A DNA stretch of 64,000 nucleotides. Origin: an uncultured Chthonomonadaceae bacterium. Its GTDB lineage: Bacteria; Armatimonadota; Chthonomonadetes; Chthonomonadales; Chthonomonadaceae. The stretch's first letter is position 1. The number at the start of each line of letters is the position of its first letter. The stretch covers positions 32,001 through 96,000 of the forward strand of contig CAWIEK010000054.1 of assembly GCA_963835065.1 (NCBI GenBank), read 5' to 3'. Below the pieces are notes generated by a model that saw nothing but the letters and a program-made list of their open reading frames with translations, did not search any database and was not told the DNA's origin. The position numbers and the translations under genes were made by a program. Below are positions 48,384 through 60,045 of the stretch, piece by piece.

Positions 48384-48830
48384 ATGCAGCATACCTGTCC
48401 TGTTTGTGGATACGATCAGCTTGCAGAACCTCCGGCAGATAACATGATTTATCCGTGTTGCGGGACGGAGTTCGGCTATCACGATTTCTCCTTCTCGTAT
48501 ATCGAACTGCGGCTGAAATGGCTTGACGCGGGCGCTCAGTGGCACAGCCGCCTTTTGCCGTCTGCACACTGGTCGGCAGAAACGCAACTTTCTCGTGCCG
48601 AATTGCTGCCGCTCTGTAACGCAAGACAGCCTTGCGGCCTAAACCGCAAGGCTATTGTCACGTCACGCTATAGTTTTGTTGGCTTAGAGCCTATACCGAT
48701 AGGGCTTGTCCTTGCGTCTGAAAGACGCTTGCACTTTCCTGCCGGGTATTTTCAATACCCGGCCAATTGGGATAGGCTCTTACGCGGCGGGAACTTCCTG
48801 CCCGACTTGGAGCGCCAACTGCTCGGCTAA
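48384..48830 (+). CDS. small Cys-rich (CPVCG...PCCGTEFG) protein reading through into the repeat
   Basis: AGGAG RBS and zinc-ribbon-like motifs; the natural end is probably near 48610. Confidence 0.6.
   Translation: MQHTCPVCGYDQLAEPPADNMIYPCCGTEFGYHDFSFSYIELRLKWLDAGAQWHSRLLPSAHWSAETQLSRAELLPLCNARQPCGLNRKAIVTSRYSFVGLEPIPIGLVLASERRLHFPAGYFQYPANWDRLLRGGNFLPDLERQLLG
48687..48779. mobile_element. 93-bp MITE with a TTA target duplication
   Basis: TIRs GAGCCTATACCGAT / ATTGGGATAGGCTC; TTA on both sides; absent from the paralogous site at 47367. Confidence 0.85.
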
Positions 48831-51800
48831 CTCCAGATTGTTGCGGGCTTCCTGATGAGTTGGGTATTGGGCGAGCGCCTGCCGGTAGGATACGACGGCG
48901 GCGGCATAGGCTTCCGTGCGGAAGTAGCAGTTGCCCAGCACGAAGAAGCCGCCCTCCTGTTCGGGGCTGACTTCCAATCCGGCAAGATAGGTTTCCGCCG
49001 CCTTGTCGTACACGCCCAATTGGTACATCAGGTCGCCCGCGTTGAAGTAGGCGTTGCCATACGTCGGGTCGCGCTGAATGGCCTCGGCGTAGTATTCCAG
49101 CGCTTCGCCCGGCGCGTTCAATCCTGCCAGTACGCGCCCCAAATTGACGCGCGCTTCCACCGACTCGGGACGCAGGCGCAGCAGGTTTTCGAACGCGGCG
49201 CGCGCTTCGTCCAGCAGATCGAGCTGTTCGCAGCAGGCCGCCAGTCGCGCCTGCGCCTCGTCATCGTCGGGTTTCTGCCATGCGGTGTGGCGCAGGTGCG
49301 GCAGGGCGCGTTCGTACTCCTTGCCCGCGTAATAGATCATGCCCAAATCGCGGATCGCGTCGTCGTGGGCCGGGCTTTGCGCCAGAACCATTTCCAATTC
49401 TTCACTTGCTTCCCACGTCCGATCCTGCTGCGTCAGGATGATGGCAAGCAGATACCGCGCTTCCACCATATTCGGCTGCTCTTCCAGGACTTCTTGACAG
49501 CACGGAATGGCTTCCACATGCCGATCCTGCCCGACAAGCGCCAGCGCAAGCCCGTACCGCGCCTTGTACGTGGACGCGCCCGCATCCCCGGTCTGCGTAA
49601 AGTGCGTATCGCTTGTTTCTTCGCGCCCTATGTCAATCGCCGCCCGGAACGCCATTTCCGCCGCCTCGTACTGTTCCGTGTGCAGCAGGCAGTAGCCGCG
49701 CGAAAATTCAATGCCCGCCTGCCGGAACCCTTTGGCGTCCGCCATCGCGCACACGTCCAAACCTTCCCAGGGCTGCTGCATCCGGTGCAGGGCGGTGGAC
49801 CATTCGACAAACAGGGTGACGCCGAACTCTTCCTCCTTGCCCACGCCCGGCGCGGCCAGGCTGAAATTGCGCGCGGCGTTGTCCATATCACCGAAGGTAA
49901 AGTAGGCGTTGCCAAGATTGAACAAATGGAAATCCCGGAAACCTTCGTCCGGGCACTCCTCCACTTCCCGCGTCAGCATACGGATAAACCGCTCGTGCTT
50001 GTTGCGCAGCGTCATGATCTCGCCCGCATACCCGAAGTGGTCAATCAGCAGGCCGTCGAACCGCGCATACGTGTAGCCCAACGCCTGCAAGGAGCGCAGG
50101 TTCTGCTCGTGGATACGCCCCTCGAACTTTACGCCATCCACGCGCCGAAACAGGCGGCAGGCATGGTGAACCGCCATTTCGCCGCCCATCTCCTGCCCGG
50201 GTTTGGGCCGCGCCGCGGACGTAAGCCAGTTGTGAAACTTGACCATGTAGCCGCCCACTTCGGCAGGCGCGTTCCGCATGGCCTCGCGGAACAGAGGCCC
50301 GCTCCCCGGCGCAATCTCTTCGTCCGCATCCAGCCACAACACCCAATTGCCTGTCGCGTGTTCCAGCGACAGATTGCGCGCTTCGGCAAAATCGTCGTTC
50401 CATTCATAGGGCACGATCTTCGCGCCATATTCGCGGGCAATGTCCAGCGTCCCATCCGTCGAGCCGGTGTCCACAATCACAACCTCGTCCACAACGTCTT
50501 TCACCGATTCCAGACAGTTACGCAGGAACCGCTCCTCGTTTTTGACGATCATACACAGGGAAAGTGATGAGTGATGAGTGATGAGTGATGAATGGTCCTG
50601 TTCTTCTGTTCCCTGTTCCCTGTTCCCTGTTCCCTTTATCGCTTCTTCCGCCCGCTCATACCGCTCCATCAGGCTGCGATAGGCGGGGGCGCGCTTGACG
50701 GCGGCGCGCTGCCTGTCGGGAACGCCGCGCAGCAGTTTGCGGGCTTTTTGCAGCACGGCGGTTTGGGCGCGCTCCACCGTGCGGCGCAGGTTGGGGTCGT
50801 CGGGCGTGGCCGCAAAGGCGAGAAGCACGTTTTCCAGCGCTTCTTCCGGCTGGCCTTCCGCCAGCAGAATAAAGCCCAGGTTGTGATGAAAGTCACGGGT
50901 ATTAGGCGACGCGGCAATGCCCTGATGCAGCAGTTCCAGAGCGCGCGTTTTATCCCCGTTCGGTAACACGCGGCGGCAAGCGCGTTCACCACGTCCCAAT
51001 CGTCCGCCCGCTCGATCAGGCAGGCATCCAGTTCTTCGACGGCGTTTTTCCAATCGCCGTTACGCGCGGTTTCCAGCGCGGCCTGTTTGCGGTCCTCGTA
51101 CATATCCCCGGCAGCTCGCAGTCCGGGCGTGGCAAAACTTCCCGGCAGGTTCAGCCCGCCCAACCCGGTATTTTGCCACCCCCCGCCCAGGCTCAAACCG
51201 CCCAGACCCATAGGGAGGTTGAGGGTTGAGGGTTGAGGGTTGAGAGGGGAAGACAATGCTGAATGCTGAGTGATGAGTGATGAATGGGATTCTGATTCAT
51301 CATTCATCATTCCGCGTTCAGCACTGATTTTCCCTGTTCCCTGTTCCCTGTTCCCTGTTCCCTCACCCAGCGCGGACAGGCGCTCACCGGCAATCTGCGC
51401 GGCGTGATGCCAGGTATGTTTGGCCGCGATGTCGCGGGCGGCTTGCGCGCCTTTGGCCTGCGCTTCTTCCGGGTGGGCGGCGACGTGGCGGAGCAGTTCG
51501 CTCAGGGCGGCGCGGTCAGGTTCGGCCCAGAACGGATAATCTACCGTCGGCATGTTGCCGACGTTCTTTTCCGCCATGCGCTGCGCTTCGGCGGGGATGA
51601 GATAACTATTCCCGGAGTTAGCGAAATCGAGAGCCGCGCCGAAATCAGTAACGATAGTTGGCTTGCCGCAGGCCATCGCTTCCGCAATCGGCAGGCCGTA
51701 TCCCTCGCCCCGGTACGGATGTGCCAGGCAGTCACACGCGGCGTACAAACCAGCCAGTTCCGCTTCGCTCATGTCCTCATTGATATATACAATGTGCGCG

Positions 51801-52615
51801 CCATTGGGCTTGGCCTGCAATGCCCGAATCAAGGCTCCCGCGCCCTGATTGGCATAAAAGCTGTCCGCGCCGAAGTCCTTGACAATCAGTACAACCGGGT
51901 CCTGCGCCGTAAACGCCCGGTCATAAGCGTCCAGCAGTATATCAATCCCCTTTCGCGCAATCGTGCCGCCAACGAACAGGAACTTATAAAGTTGAGGGTT
52001 GAGAGTTGAGAGTTGAGGGTGATTGTCTGTTCCCTGTTTCCTGTTCCCTATTCCCTCACTAATGCCCGGATGAAACACACCGGTATTGACGCCATTGGGC
52101 ACGACGATGACTTTTTCGCCCGGAACGCCGCTGGTGATATAGGTGTCGCGCACAAATTGGGAGGGAACCCAGATTTCGTCTACGCCGCGCTCAATCGCGC
52201 TGACCCAATGGCGCGGCAGAGAACCGAATTCCCAAGGCTGAATGAGAACCAGCTTGCCGCTTGCTGTGGGCGCAAACTCCGGGGGCCAGCGATGCCGAAC
52301 CGTCACGGCGGGCGCGGACGCGGCCTCGCCCATGCGGGCCGCGAGGGACGCAAAACGCGCTTCGCCGCGCAGGGCAGGCAGGGGCGCGTCGTAGTGTTCC
52401 AGGCGCAGGTCGAAGCGTTCGGCAAAGGCCGGCGTATCGAGCAGCGCCAGCGTGAGTTCGCGATTCACAAGCGCCAGGCTATGCTGCACGAAAAACGCGC
52501 CGTTCCACGCAACGGTTTGCCGCTCCGAATAAGAATGGCTATGGGAATGGATTGCCGGAAACAACGGTTCCGAACCAAAATGCAGGGGCATGGGAAACTC
52601 CTCACGGGAAGACAT
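48780..52615 (-). CDS. large GT4-TPR-GT2-TPR glycosyltransferase (1-nt frameshift near 50957)
   Basis: GT4 PYRGEGYGLP.AEAMACG; GT2 SLCMIVKNEE, DTGSTDGT and LDADE; TPRs; the frames join at a G homopolymer; in-frame repeat cassettes near 50563, 51215 and 51990. Confidence 0.85.
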
Positions 52616-52710
52616 CAGGCATTAGGCATTAGGCATTAGAGAAGAAGATAGAAGACAGAAGTGAATTCATCCTCCTCTAATGCCTAATACCTAATGCCTG
52701 ATGCCTAACT
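52616..52710. repeat. inverted (ATTAGGC)n / (GCCTAAT)n heptamer pair
   Basis: The right arm supplies the C-terminus and stop (ELGIRH*) of the upstream gene. Confidence 0.88.
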
Positions 52711-55373
52711 CTTCTATCGTCAAAATCGGCACACAGCGCGCCTGCGCCAGTTCGCGCCAGAAGGGGGGCAATTGGTCGGCGATGAGCGCGTCGGCGACGT
52801 GCAGCAGTTTCCAGCAATCGGTTTGCGGAAGCGGCTGATGCAGCAGGGTGATGTTGGGCAGGCGGTCGGCTGTGATTGCCAGAGTTTGCCGCAGGAATTG
52901 CTCCATTTCCCACAGCAAGGCTTGCGCGTTCGGATGCGTGGCGGGGTCGGCCCGCAGCATCAGCAGAACCGGGTCTGTGGGCGCGTAGGCCAGTGTGAAG
53001 GCGCGTACCAGCGTCTGCCACTCCTCGGCGCGATTCCAGTCCGGCAGGGCCAGCAGACGCTTGATGGCGACGGGCGAACTTACACCGGCCTGCTGTTGCG
53101 GCGCTTCTTCCGCTTGTGGCCCTTCTTCCGCTTGCGGCATAGCCTGCCTCGGAGAAGTTACATCGCCTTGCTGTCGCTGCAATGCCTGCGCCTGACGCCG
53201 TAATGTCTGCGTGGCGGGAATGAGAGGCGCGTATACCGGACAGCCATTCAAAATTGCCAGCCATTCGTCCAGTCCGGTGAGGGCATCATTCGCGCGCTCC
53301 ACGTCCAGGCACAGACGCGCCGATTCTTCTCGCGCCTGCACATGAAACGGCGAAGCCGTCAGGGTTGACCGGTAGGCGGCAAGCGCTTCTTCCACCCGGC
53401 CCAGGGCGCGCAAGGCGCAGGCAAGGGCGTTATGCGCTTCGCCCAATGCAGGCATTTCCGCAACAGCGATTTCGGCATGACGCGCGCTGTCCGCGAACTG
53501 CCCCCGCGCAAACGTGATTTCCGCCAGGGTCAGATGGACTCGGCACGTCAGCAACGCTTGCATCTCAGAGCGCCAAGCCTCGCTTTCGGGCGCGTGTTCG
53601 CCATAAATGCGTTCCAACGCCACATCGAACCATTGAAAACAGCGCGGAAACACGACGCCCTGCAGCTGCCAGGTTGCTAAATAGTTGATAGTTGATAGTT
53701 GATAGTTGATAGGGAGGAGGGAACTATGAACTTTCTGCGTCCCACCGCTTTGTGATTCGGCCTGCAACTGCTCCTGAACTTCCCGCAGAGTGTTCTCGCC
53801 TTCCTCCGTTCTGCCTCCCGCAAAATACAAGTATGCCAGATTGAGCCGGGCCAGTACGTACTCCGGCTCTTCTTGCGCCAGTTGCCGCGCCAGCCCAATC
53901 GCCGCCTGCAATTTTTGCCGCCCATACTGCGGCGATACCGCGCACCGCGCCATCTCCCCGGCAAGTACCGATTTGAAGAGGTTGAGAGTTGAGGGTTGAG
54001 GGTTGAGGGGAACAAGAGTTGATAGTTGATAGTTGATAGTTGATAGGGTATCCTCTCCTGCATGTATCTTGTATCTTGTATCTTGTATCTCTTCCCTTTT
54101 CCCTTTTCCCTTTTCCCTTACCCCTTCTTCCGCCTTACTGTACACGGCGACGTTACAGGTCAGCAGCCAATGCGTGGCGAGCTGAAGGGATTGCTGCGCG
54201 GCGGGCAGGCGGCAGAAGGCGCGCGGAGGAAGCGAACCGGCCCGGCGAGAAGCGACGAATGGCTCCAACCGGTTGAGCAGGTCGGCAAAATGATGCGCGT
54301 AACTGTGCTGTGTGACTCGTTCGCGGCCATTGCGGGCGGTTTGTTCGCGCTCAAATCTGTTTTCGGGCGCGAGGTAATGAGCGAGCAGGTCTTCCAGATT
54401 GCTGTCGTTGTACAAAACGCAATGCTGGAGATCCGCGTACACATCGCGGATTTCGCGGTTTTCGGCTTCGTAGAACATCAATGCGCCGCAGGCCGGGGCC
54501 TCATACGCCCGCATGTTGGCTTCGCCCCGGATGCTGCGGTTGAACACGATTTTGGCGCGGTTCATCAGCCGAACGTACTCATCCCCGTAAACGCCACTGG
54601 TCAGCACAACTTTATAGCGCGTGGATAAAGCCGCCACCCGCGCCAGCCACCGCGCCCGCTCCCATTGTATGGCGTGATTGAAGTTGCCGATCATCAGAAT
54701 GTCTATGTCGCGCTCGATGAAGTCGGTGTTCAGGTATTCGGGTGTTCGGTGTTCAAGGTGTTCGGTATTCGATGTTTGGTATTGGGTGTTTGGTATTGGG
54801 TATTTGGTGTTTGGTGTTTGGTGTTGGGTGTTCGGGTGCAGGAAGGCGGGACGCAGGATTGCGCAGAACGCGGTGCTTGTCTGGTTCGTGCGCCCAGAGC
54901 AGGCTGTGCAGGACGCTGGTAAATCCCATGTCGCGCAAACGCTCACAGCCCACACGATCCGCCACCAGAACGTCGAAGAGGCTGCCTACCGCCCGCATTG
55001 CCTGCCCACCCAGATTCCAATCCCCGAACACGCCCACTGTCAAACAATCGGCGTCTTCCAGTCCGGCGGGAATCGGGTTGTACTCAGGACTCCAGTGGAT
55101 GTATACTTCCGGCATCCAGCCGACAGGGCATTGCGCCAGTACGTCCGTCCACTCCCTATCCGGCGTGACATTCAGATGGGCGTACCCGGCCCCAAACGCC
55201 AGAATGTCATCCCCGGCCTTTTCCCGGCCCGGCAGCGAACGCTTTTCCGCCACTTGCGGCATCTGATTGGTATATCCGACGAGGAGGCGCATAGCAGTCT
55301 CCGAAGTAGTCAGAAGTGAGTAGTCAGTAGTCAGTAGAAATGCCTGTCTACTTAAGTTGTGCGGCATAGTCAT
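52691..55373 (-). CDS. CgeB/Glyco_trans_1_2-like glycosyltransferase with TPRs; frame break within a heptamer array
   Basis: RAKIVFNRS..GEANMRAYEA motif; the N-terminal ORF stops at 54753 within the array at 54725-54836. Confidence 0.78.
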
Positions 55374-55427
55374 GGCTTACAAGAAGAGGTTCCTCTACTG
55401 ACTACTGACTACTCACTTCTGACTACT
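55305..55427. repeat. perfect 33-bp inverted pair of (AGTAGTC)n arrays sharing one variant unit
   Basis: 55305-55337 is the exact reverse complement of 55395-55427. Confidence 0.92.
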
Positions 55428-56770
55428 CTCCTTACTTCTTCTTCAATCCTTGCCGCGACAGGCGCATACGTGAAATGGGTTTCCAGATGGGCGCGGGCGG
55501 CTTCGCCTAAACTTCGGCCTTCCGCGCGGTCTTCAAAGGCGCGGCGCATCAATTGCCGCAGGTGGGCGCAGGACGGCTCCGCCCAACGGTGGCCGCGATA
55601 CGTGGGGGTTTCGCGCCAGGCGGCTTCGGGCACATCCACGACTTCGTACTCCAGAACGTAGCTGTTGGCCGCGTTCATAAATTCCGTTTGGCCGCTCCAG
55701 CCGGTTGCGATCACGGGCAGTCCCATCGCCATCGCTTCCATGTACGGGCGGCCCCAACCCTCGCCCCGCGACGGCATCACGTAGCAATCGGCGGCGCGGT
55801 ACAGATGGGGCATACGCGCATCCGGTACATTCGCGTCCTGCAGGACAATATCGGGAATGTGATTCAGGTCGCCTTTCAAAACTTCGGAGATGTAGGACGC
55901 CATGCAGTCCAGCATCTGCGCCCCCGTATAGCCGAGCGAACTGTGCGTTTTGACAATCAGCGCGACCTCTTCCCCAACCTGAAACTCCTCCACAAACGCC
56001 CGCAGCAGAACGTCCCACCCCTTGCGCAATGTCCAATCGAAGACGGCCAGAAAATTGAAACCGCGCGCGCCATTGATTTGGAGGGGAACGCAACCGGGAT
56101 TGTACGGCGCTAAATCAATTGCGCCCGGAACCACGCGCAGCTTGTCCCGCTCCACGCCCGCGCCCGCAAACGTTTCCACGTTGAACGCGCTCGGAACCCA
56201 CACGGCATCCATCCGGTTACACGCCTGCGCCCAGCCTTCAGGCAGGCGATCCGTTTCAAACATCGTGCGGCCTATGTTGGCGCGGGCGTTAGGGTCGCGC
56301 TCAAATAGGGGCGCAAGAATATGGCAGACGGAAATTCCTCCCCGAAGCGCGGGCTGCCGCATCAACTGCTGCAAAATCCGCTCCCGTTCGGCGGGCAGGA
56401 CAACGGCCTTATCGCTCCAGCGAATCGCCCGCGCCGCCACCTTCACCCCCGCCTGATGCAAGGCAAACAGAAAATGCCGCGCCTCGTCCGCATACCCGCT
56501 TGGATCGCGCAGGGGAGCGCGCCAGGTCAGGGGAAAGGATGAAGGATGAAGGATGAAGGATGAAGAGTCTGTAGCTGATAGTTGATGGTTGATAGTTGAG
56601 CGCATTTCTTCTGTCTTCTGTCTTCTGCCCTTCTTTCCTATGTATCGGAAAGCGCGGCGTGGAAATTTAGCGGTTTGCAACGGCCTGTAAGACTTACCGG
56701 TTTGCAGGCGGTTGTCTTGTGATGTTTCCAGCCTGTCTGAAGCGCGTTTGAATTCTGCCGACAATTCCAC
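55409..56770 (-). CDS. GT4-family glycosyltransferase with a repeat-containing N-terminal region
   Basis: MFETDRLP, RKGWDVLL and PSRGEGWGRP..EAMA motifs; start uncertain. Confidence 0.9.
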   Translation of the reverse strand: MELSAEFKRASDRLETSQDNRLQTGKSYRPLQTAKFPRRAFRYIGKKGRRQKTEEMRSTINHQLSATDSSSFILHPSSFPLTWRAPLRDPSGYADEARHFLFALHQAGVKVAARAIRWSDKAVVLPAERERILQQLMRQPALRGGISVCHILAPLFERDPNARANIGRTMFETDRLPEGWAQACNRMDAVWVPSAFNVETFAGAGVERDKLRVVPGAIDLAPYNPGCVPLQINGARGFNFLAVFDWTLRKGWDVLLRAFVEEFQVGEEVALIVKTHSSLGYTGAQMLDCMASYISEVLKGDLNHIPDIVLQDANVPDARMPHLYRAADCYVMPSRGEGWGRPYMEAMAMGLPVIATGWSGQTEFMNAANSYVLEYEVVDVPEAAWRETPTYRGHRWAEPSCAHLRQLMRRAFEDRAEGRSLGEAARAHLETHFTYAPVAARIEEEVRRVVRSE

Positions 56771-56910
56771 CGGAGTATTTATTGACTATGACAACAGCGC
56801 CACTGGGACACAACCCGCCGGATGAATCGCTTACGGATCGCGCGTCTATAAAAATGGCACTACCGTAAAACCATAGAACCCTAAAACCCTGAAACCCTAA
56901 GAAAAGGAAA

Positions 56911-57282
56911 ATGGATATGGCAAAACGAGTTTTGATTACGGACGACGCGCTGTTTATGCGGGTCACGCTGCGCAACATTCTGACAAAAGGCGGCTATGAG
57001 GTGGTTGCCGAAGCCGCGAATGGACTGGAAGCGGTGGCGCGGTATCAGGAGTTTCGGCCCGATCTGGTGACAATGGACATCACGATGCCGGAAATGGACG
57101 GAATCACCGCGCTGAAGGAGATTCGGGCGCGCGATCCCCACGCCAACGTTGTTATCTGTACCGCGATGGGGCAAAAATCTATGGTGATGGAAGCGATGTC
57201 TGCCGGGGCCAGAGACTTCATTGTGAAACCGTTTCAGCCGGACAAAGTGATTGAAGCGGTGCAGAAGCTGATTGGAGCATAA
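56911..57282 (+). CDS. cheY: chemotaxis response regulator CheY
   Basis: DDALFMR, MDITMPEMDG, AMGQ and VKPF motifs. Confidence 0.92.
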   Translation: MDMAKRVLITDDALFMRVTLRNILTKGGYEVVAEAANGLEAVARYQEFRPDLVTMDITMPEMDGITALKEIRARDPHANVVICTAMGQKSMVMEAMSAGARDFIVKPFQPDKVIEAVQKLIGA

Positions 57283-57291
57283 CGTGGCGCA

Positions 57292-57765
57292 ATGAAAATT
57301 CAGTACATCAATCCGTTTGTAACCGCCTCGTTTACGGTCATCGAGCAGGCACTGGGCATGAAGGCGCAGAAGGGGCCGCTTGCCATGCGGCCGGAACTGT
57401 TCACCACGCAGCAATGCAACATTCTCATCGGCCTGACCGGCAACGTGCATGGACAGATCATCTATGGCATGAGCCTGACCACTGCGGACAAAATCGCTTC
57501 CCTTATGCTGGGACAGCAGGTACGCACATTTAATCAACTGGCGGCAAGCGCGATTGCCGAATTAGGCAACATGATTACGGGCAATGCTTCCGCGCTGCTG
57601 GCCGAAGCCGGAATCGTCTGTGATATTACCCCGCCCACTGTCGTGCGCGGCGCCAACCTGAAAATGACCACGCTGGCAATTCCCGCGCTCGTCGTGCCGC
57701 TGTGCCTGGAATTAGGCGAGATCGAGCTGACGGTGTGTTTGGAGGAGGTAGACGGTAGACGGTAG
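57292..57765 (+). CDS. cheX: chemotaxis phosphatase CheX
   Basis: YINPF, IGLTG and SAIAELGNMITG motifs. Confidence 0.92.
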   Translation: MKIQYINPFVTASFTVIEQALGMKAQKGPLAMRPELFTTQQCNILIGLTGNVHGQIIYGMSLTTADKIASLMLGQQVRTFNQLAASAIAELGNMITGNASALLAEAGIVCDITPPTVVRGANLKMTTLAIPALVVPLCLELGEIELTVCLEEVDGRR

Positions 57766-57873
57766 ACGGTAGACGGTAGGAGAACTCCTTCTTGTAAGCT
57801 ACTACTGAAGTTGAGAACTGTGAACGGTAGACGAGTATTTCTACCGTCTACTATCTACCGTCTACCGTCTACC
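57747..57873. repeat. inverted (GGTAGAC)n / (GTCTACC)n pair between convergent cheX and prs
   Basis: Arrays at 57747-57779 and 57841-57873; the cheX stop lies in the left arm. Confidence 0.92.
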
Positions 57874-57878
57874 TCCTC

Positions 57879-58874
57879 CTAATCAAACAAACTCGTAATA
57901 GACAAATCATTGCTGGCGCGGTGGATGGCTTCGCCGAAGAGGGACGCGACGGAAAGAACCTTTATTTTGGGGTGGTACTTTTCGGGCGGCAGGGGAACGC
58001 TGTCCGTAATGACCACTTCGGCCACTTCGGGGCGGGAACAGATGCGCTCCACCGCGTTGCGGGCTAAAATGCCGTGCGTGGCGGCAATGTAGATTTCGGG
58101 GCGGCAGCCGTGCGCGAGGAGGGCGTCTACCGCCTGAATGATGCTGCCGCCCGTCGTAATCATGTCCTCGATGATAATGGGAATTTTGCCCCGCACGTCG
58201 CCGGCCAGGTGCGTCACTTCCGAAACCATGTGGCCGGGATGGTGCTTGTAGCCGACGGCAAGCGGCGCTTTCAGCGTCTGCACCACTTTGCGCACCTTCT
58301 TCACGCGCCCCTCGTCCGGGGAAACAACCACGATGTTGTCCATGCCGGTATCCCATTTGGAGCCGAAATAATCTATAAACAGCCCGACGGCTTCCAGATG
58401 GTCTACGGGAATGTTGAAAAAGCCTTCGATGGTATCGGCGTGTAAATCCAGGCACATTACGCGGTGCGCGCCTGCGGCTTCAATCAGGTCGGCAACCAGT
58501 TTGGCGGTAATGGGTTCGCGGGGCAGTGCCTTTTTTTCCTGCCGCGCGTAGCCGTAGTAGGGGATGACCGGGGTAATGCGCCAGGTGCTGGCGCGGCGCA
58601 GGGCGTCAATGGCGGACAGCAGCACGATCAAGTTGGTGTCTACGGGCGGGCAGGTCGGCTGAATGATATAGGCGTCGGTGCCTCTCACGCTTTCATCGAA
58701 GCGCACATAGTTTTCGCCGTCGGCAAACTGGCTGTAGTGCATCTTCCCAAGCGGCAGGCCAAGCCACTCCGCTACGGACTGCGCCAGGGCGGGGTTGCCC
58801 GGCCCGGCAAAAATCTTCACTTCACTGTTTCCGCCCGGTTGGTTCTGGTTCAACGCGCGTCCCTTCTTCTCCAT
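57879..58874 (-). CDS. prs: ribose-phosphate pyrophosphokinase
   Basis: FADGE, PYYGYARQ, DLH, VSPD.G and EDMITTGGS motifs. Confidence 0.96.
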   Translation of the reverse strand: MEKKGRALNQNQPGGNSEVKIFAGPGNPALAQSVAEWLGLPLGKMHYSQFADGENYVRFDESVRGTDAYIIQPTCPPVDTNLIVLLSAIDALRRASTWRITPVIPYYGYARQEKKALPREPITAKLVADLIEAAGAHRVMCLDLHADTIEGFFNIPVDHLEAVGLFIDYFGSKWDTGMDNIVVVSPDEGRVKKVRKVVQTLKAPLAVGYKHHPGHMVSEVTHLAGDVRGKIPIIIEDMITTGGSIIQAVDALLAHGCRPEIYIAATHGILARNAVERICSRPEVAEVVITDSVPLPPEKYHPKIKVLSVASLFGEAIHRASNDLSITSLFD

Positions 58875-59187
58875 GCTTGCAGGAACACGCGCGTCAGCGT
58901 GGACGGCAACAGTTTGTTCCTTTGTAATTTTCTCTACACTAAAGTATAGCCTAAAAGTATAGCCTATCGGGTTTCAGCGTGTCAACGACAGCATGCTTGG
59001 TGACTGATGGCTGGTAGTTGGTGGCTGGTGATTGGAAATAATACTTACAGCCTCTTGTCAGAACCTGTGCATTATGTTAGAATACTCCTACCCTACAGCG
59101 AATTGTATTCGCTTCGGCGTAGATTTGGTTTTCGATTGATTCAGTTGTGGTCGGTGTGCTTTTGTTTTCGCGAAAGGACGTGTACCC

Positions 59188-59874
59188 ATGACGTGCCCCC
59201 ATTGTGGTTTTCTGATGTCGCCGCTCGATAGTGACTGCGCCCGTTGCCGTCATCGCGGCTATGTGCCGCCTCCTCCGCCTTCCGCCCCAATCCCCAACGC
59301 CCAACACCCAACACCCGCTTATGCCCAAACACCTAATCCCCAATACCCAACCACGCAGCCCTCCCTGCATACCCTGACGGTTGTGGCGTGTTTGATGAGC
59401 ATGGTGGCGTTCGCGAGTCTGGCGATGTTCGGCCTGATGCTGCGTGAACGGCGCATGGTTCGGCAGGAAGCGCAAATCGCTGCCCGGCAGGAAGCGGAAA
59501 TCGCCGCCCTGCGCCGGCAATATGTCGTAGCGCCGGAAGCGCAATTCAACGCGCCCGCTCAGGTTCTGACGCCACAGCCGCAAATCATCCATGTTGAGGT
59601 AAATTCTCCCGCCTACCCGGTTTACGTTCCAACGCCTGTGTACCCGGTGTACGATCCCTTCGCTGAACATAGACGCCTGCACAATGAATTGCTGTACCAA
59701 CAGCAGCAGATGTTCCGGCAGCAAAACGAGGACATGATGCGCCTTCACGCGGCCAATGTGGAGCGCATGAACGCCGACATGCAGCGTATGCGAGACCGGA
59801 TGCAGGATGCGCGCCAGCAAACGCAAAGCGTCCGCGACCTTCACGACCCCTTCAACCCCTTCGGGCGTTTCTGA
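59188..59874 (+). CDS. zinc-ribbon + TM hypothetical protein with an in-frame (CCCAAYA/C)n linker
   Basis: CPHCG...CARC; TM segment; linker at 59285-59352. Confidence 0.75.
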   Translation: MTCPHCGFLMSPLDSDCARCRHRGYVPPPPPSAPIPNAQHPTPAYAQTPNPQYPTTQPSLHTLTVVACLMSMVAFASLAMFGLMLRERRMVRQEAQIAARQEAEIAALRRQYVVAPEAQFNAPAQVLTPQPQIIHVEVNSPAYPVYVPTPVYPVYDPFAEHRRLHNELLYQQQQMFRQQNEDMMRLHAANVERMNADMQRMRDRMQDARQQTQSVRDLHDPFNPFGRF

Positions 59875-60045
59875 ACCGCCGTCCTCCTTCTGCTTTGCAA
59901 TTTATGCGACACAACAGCAGCCCGCGTCCTTCCCACCAGCAAGGGAACGACGCGGGCTGTTTTGCGGCAAGTTCCAATTGGCCCTCAACCCCTGCCCCCT
60001 TCTCTCCAAAAACATGAGCAAAGGGGAGCGTGCCGGGGCAGGCTC

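Noticed and set aside
48855..50567. Long antisense ORFs (also 5922-7211 and 18379-19947)
   Set aside because: They are shadows of high-GC genes on the opposite strand and have no recognisable motifs.
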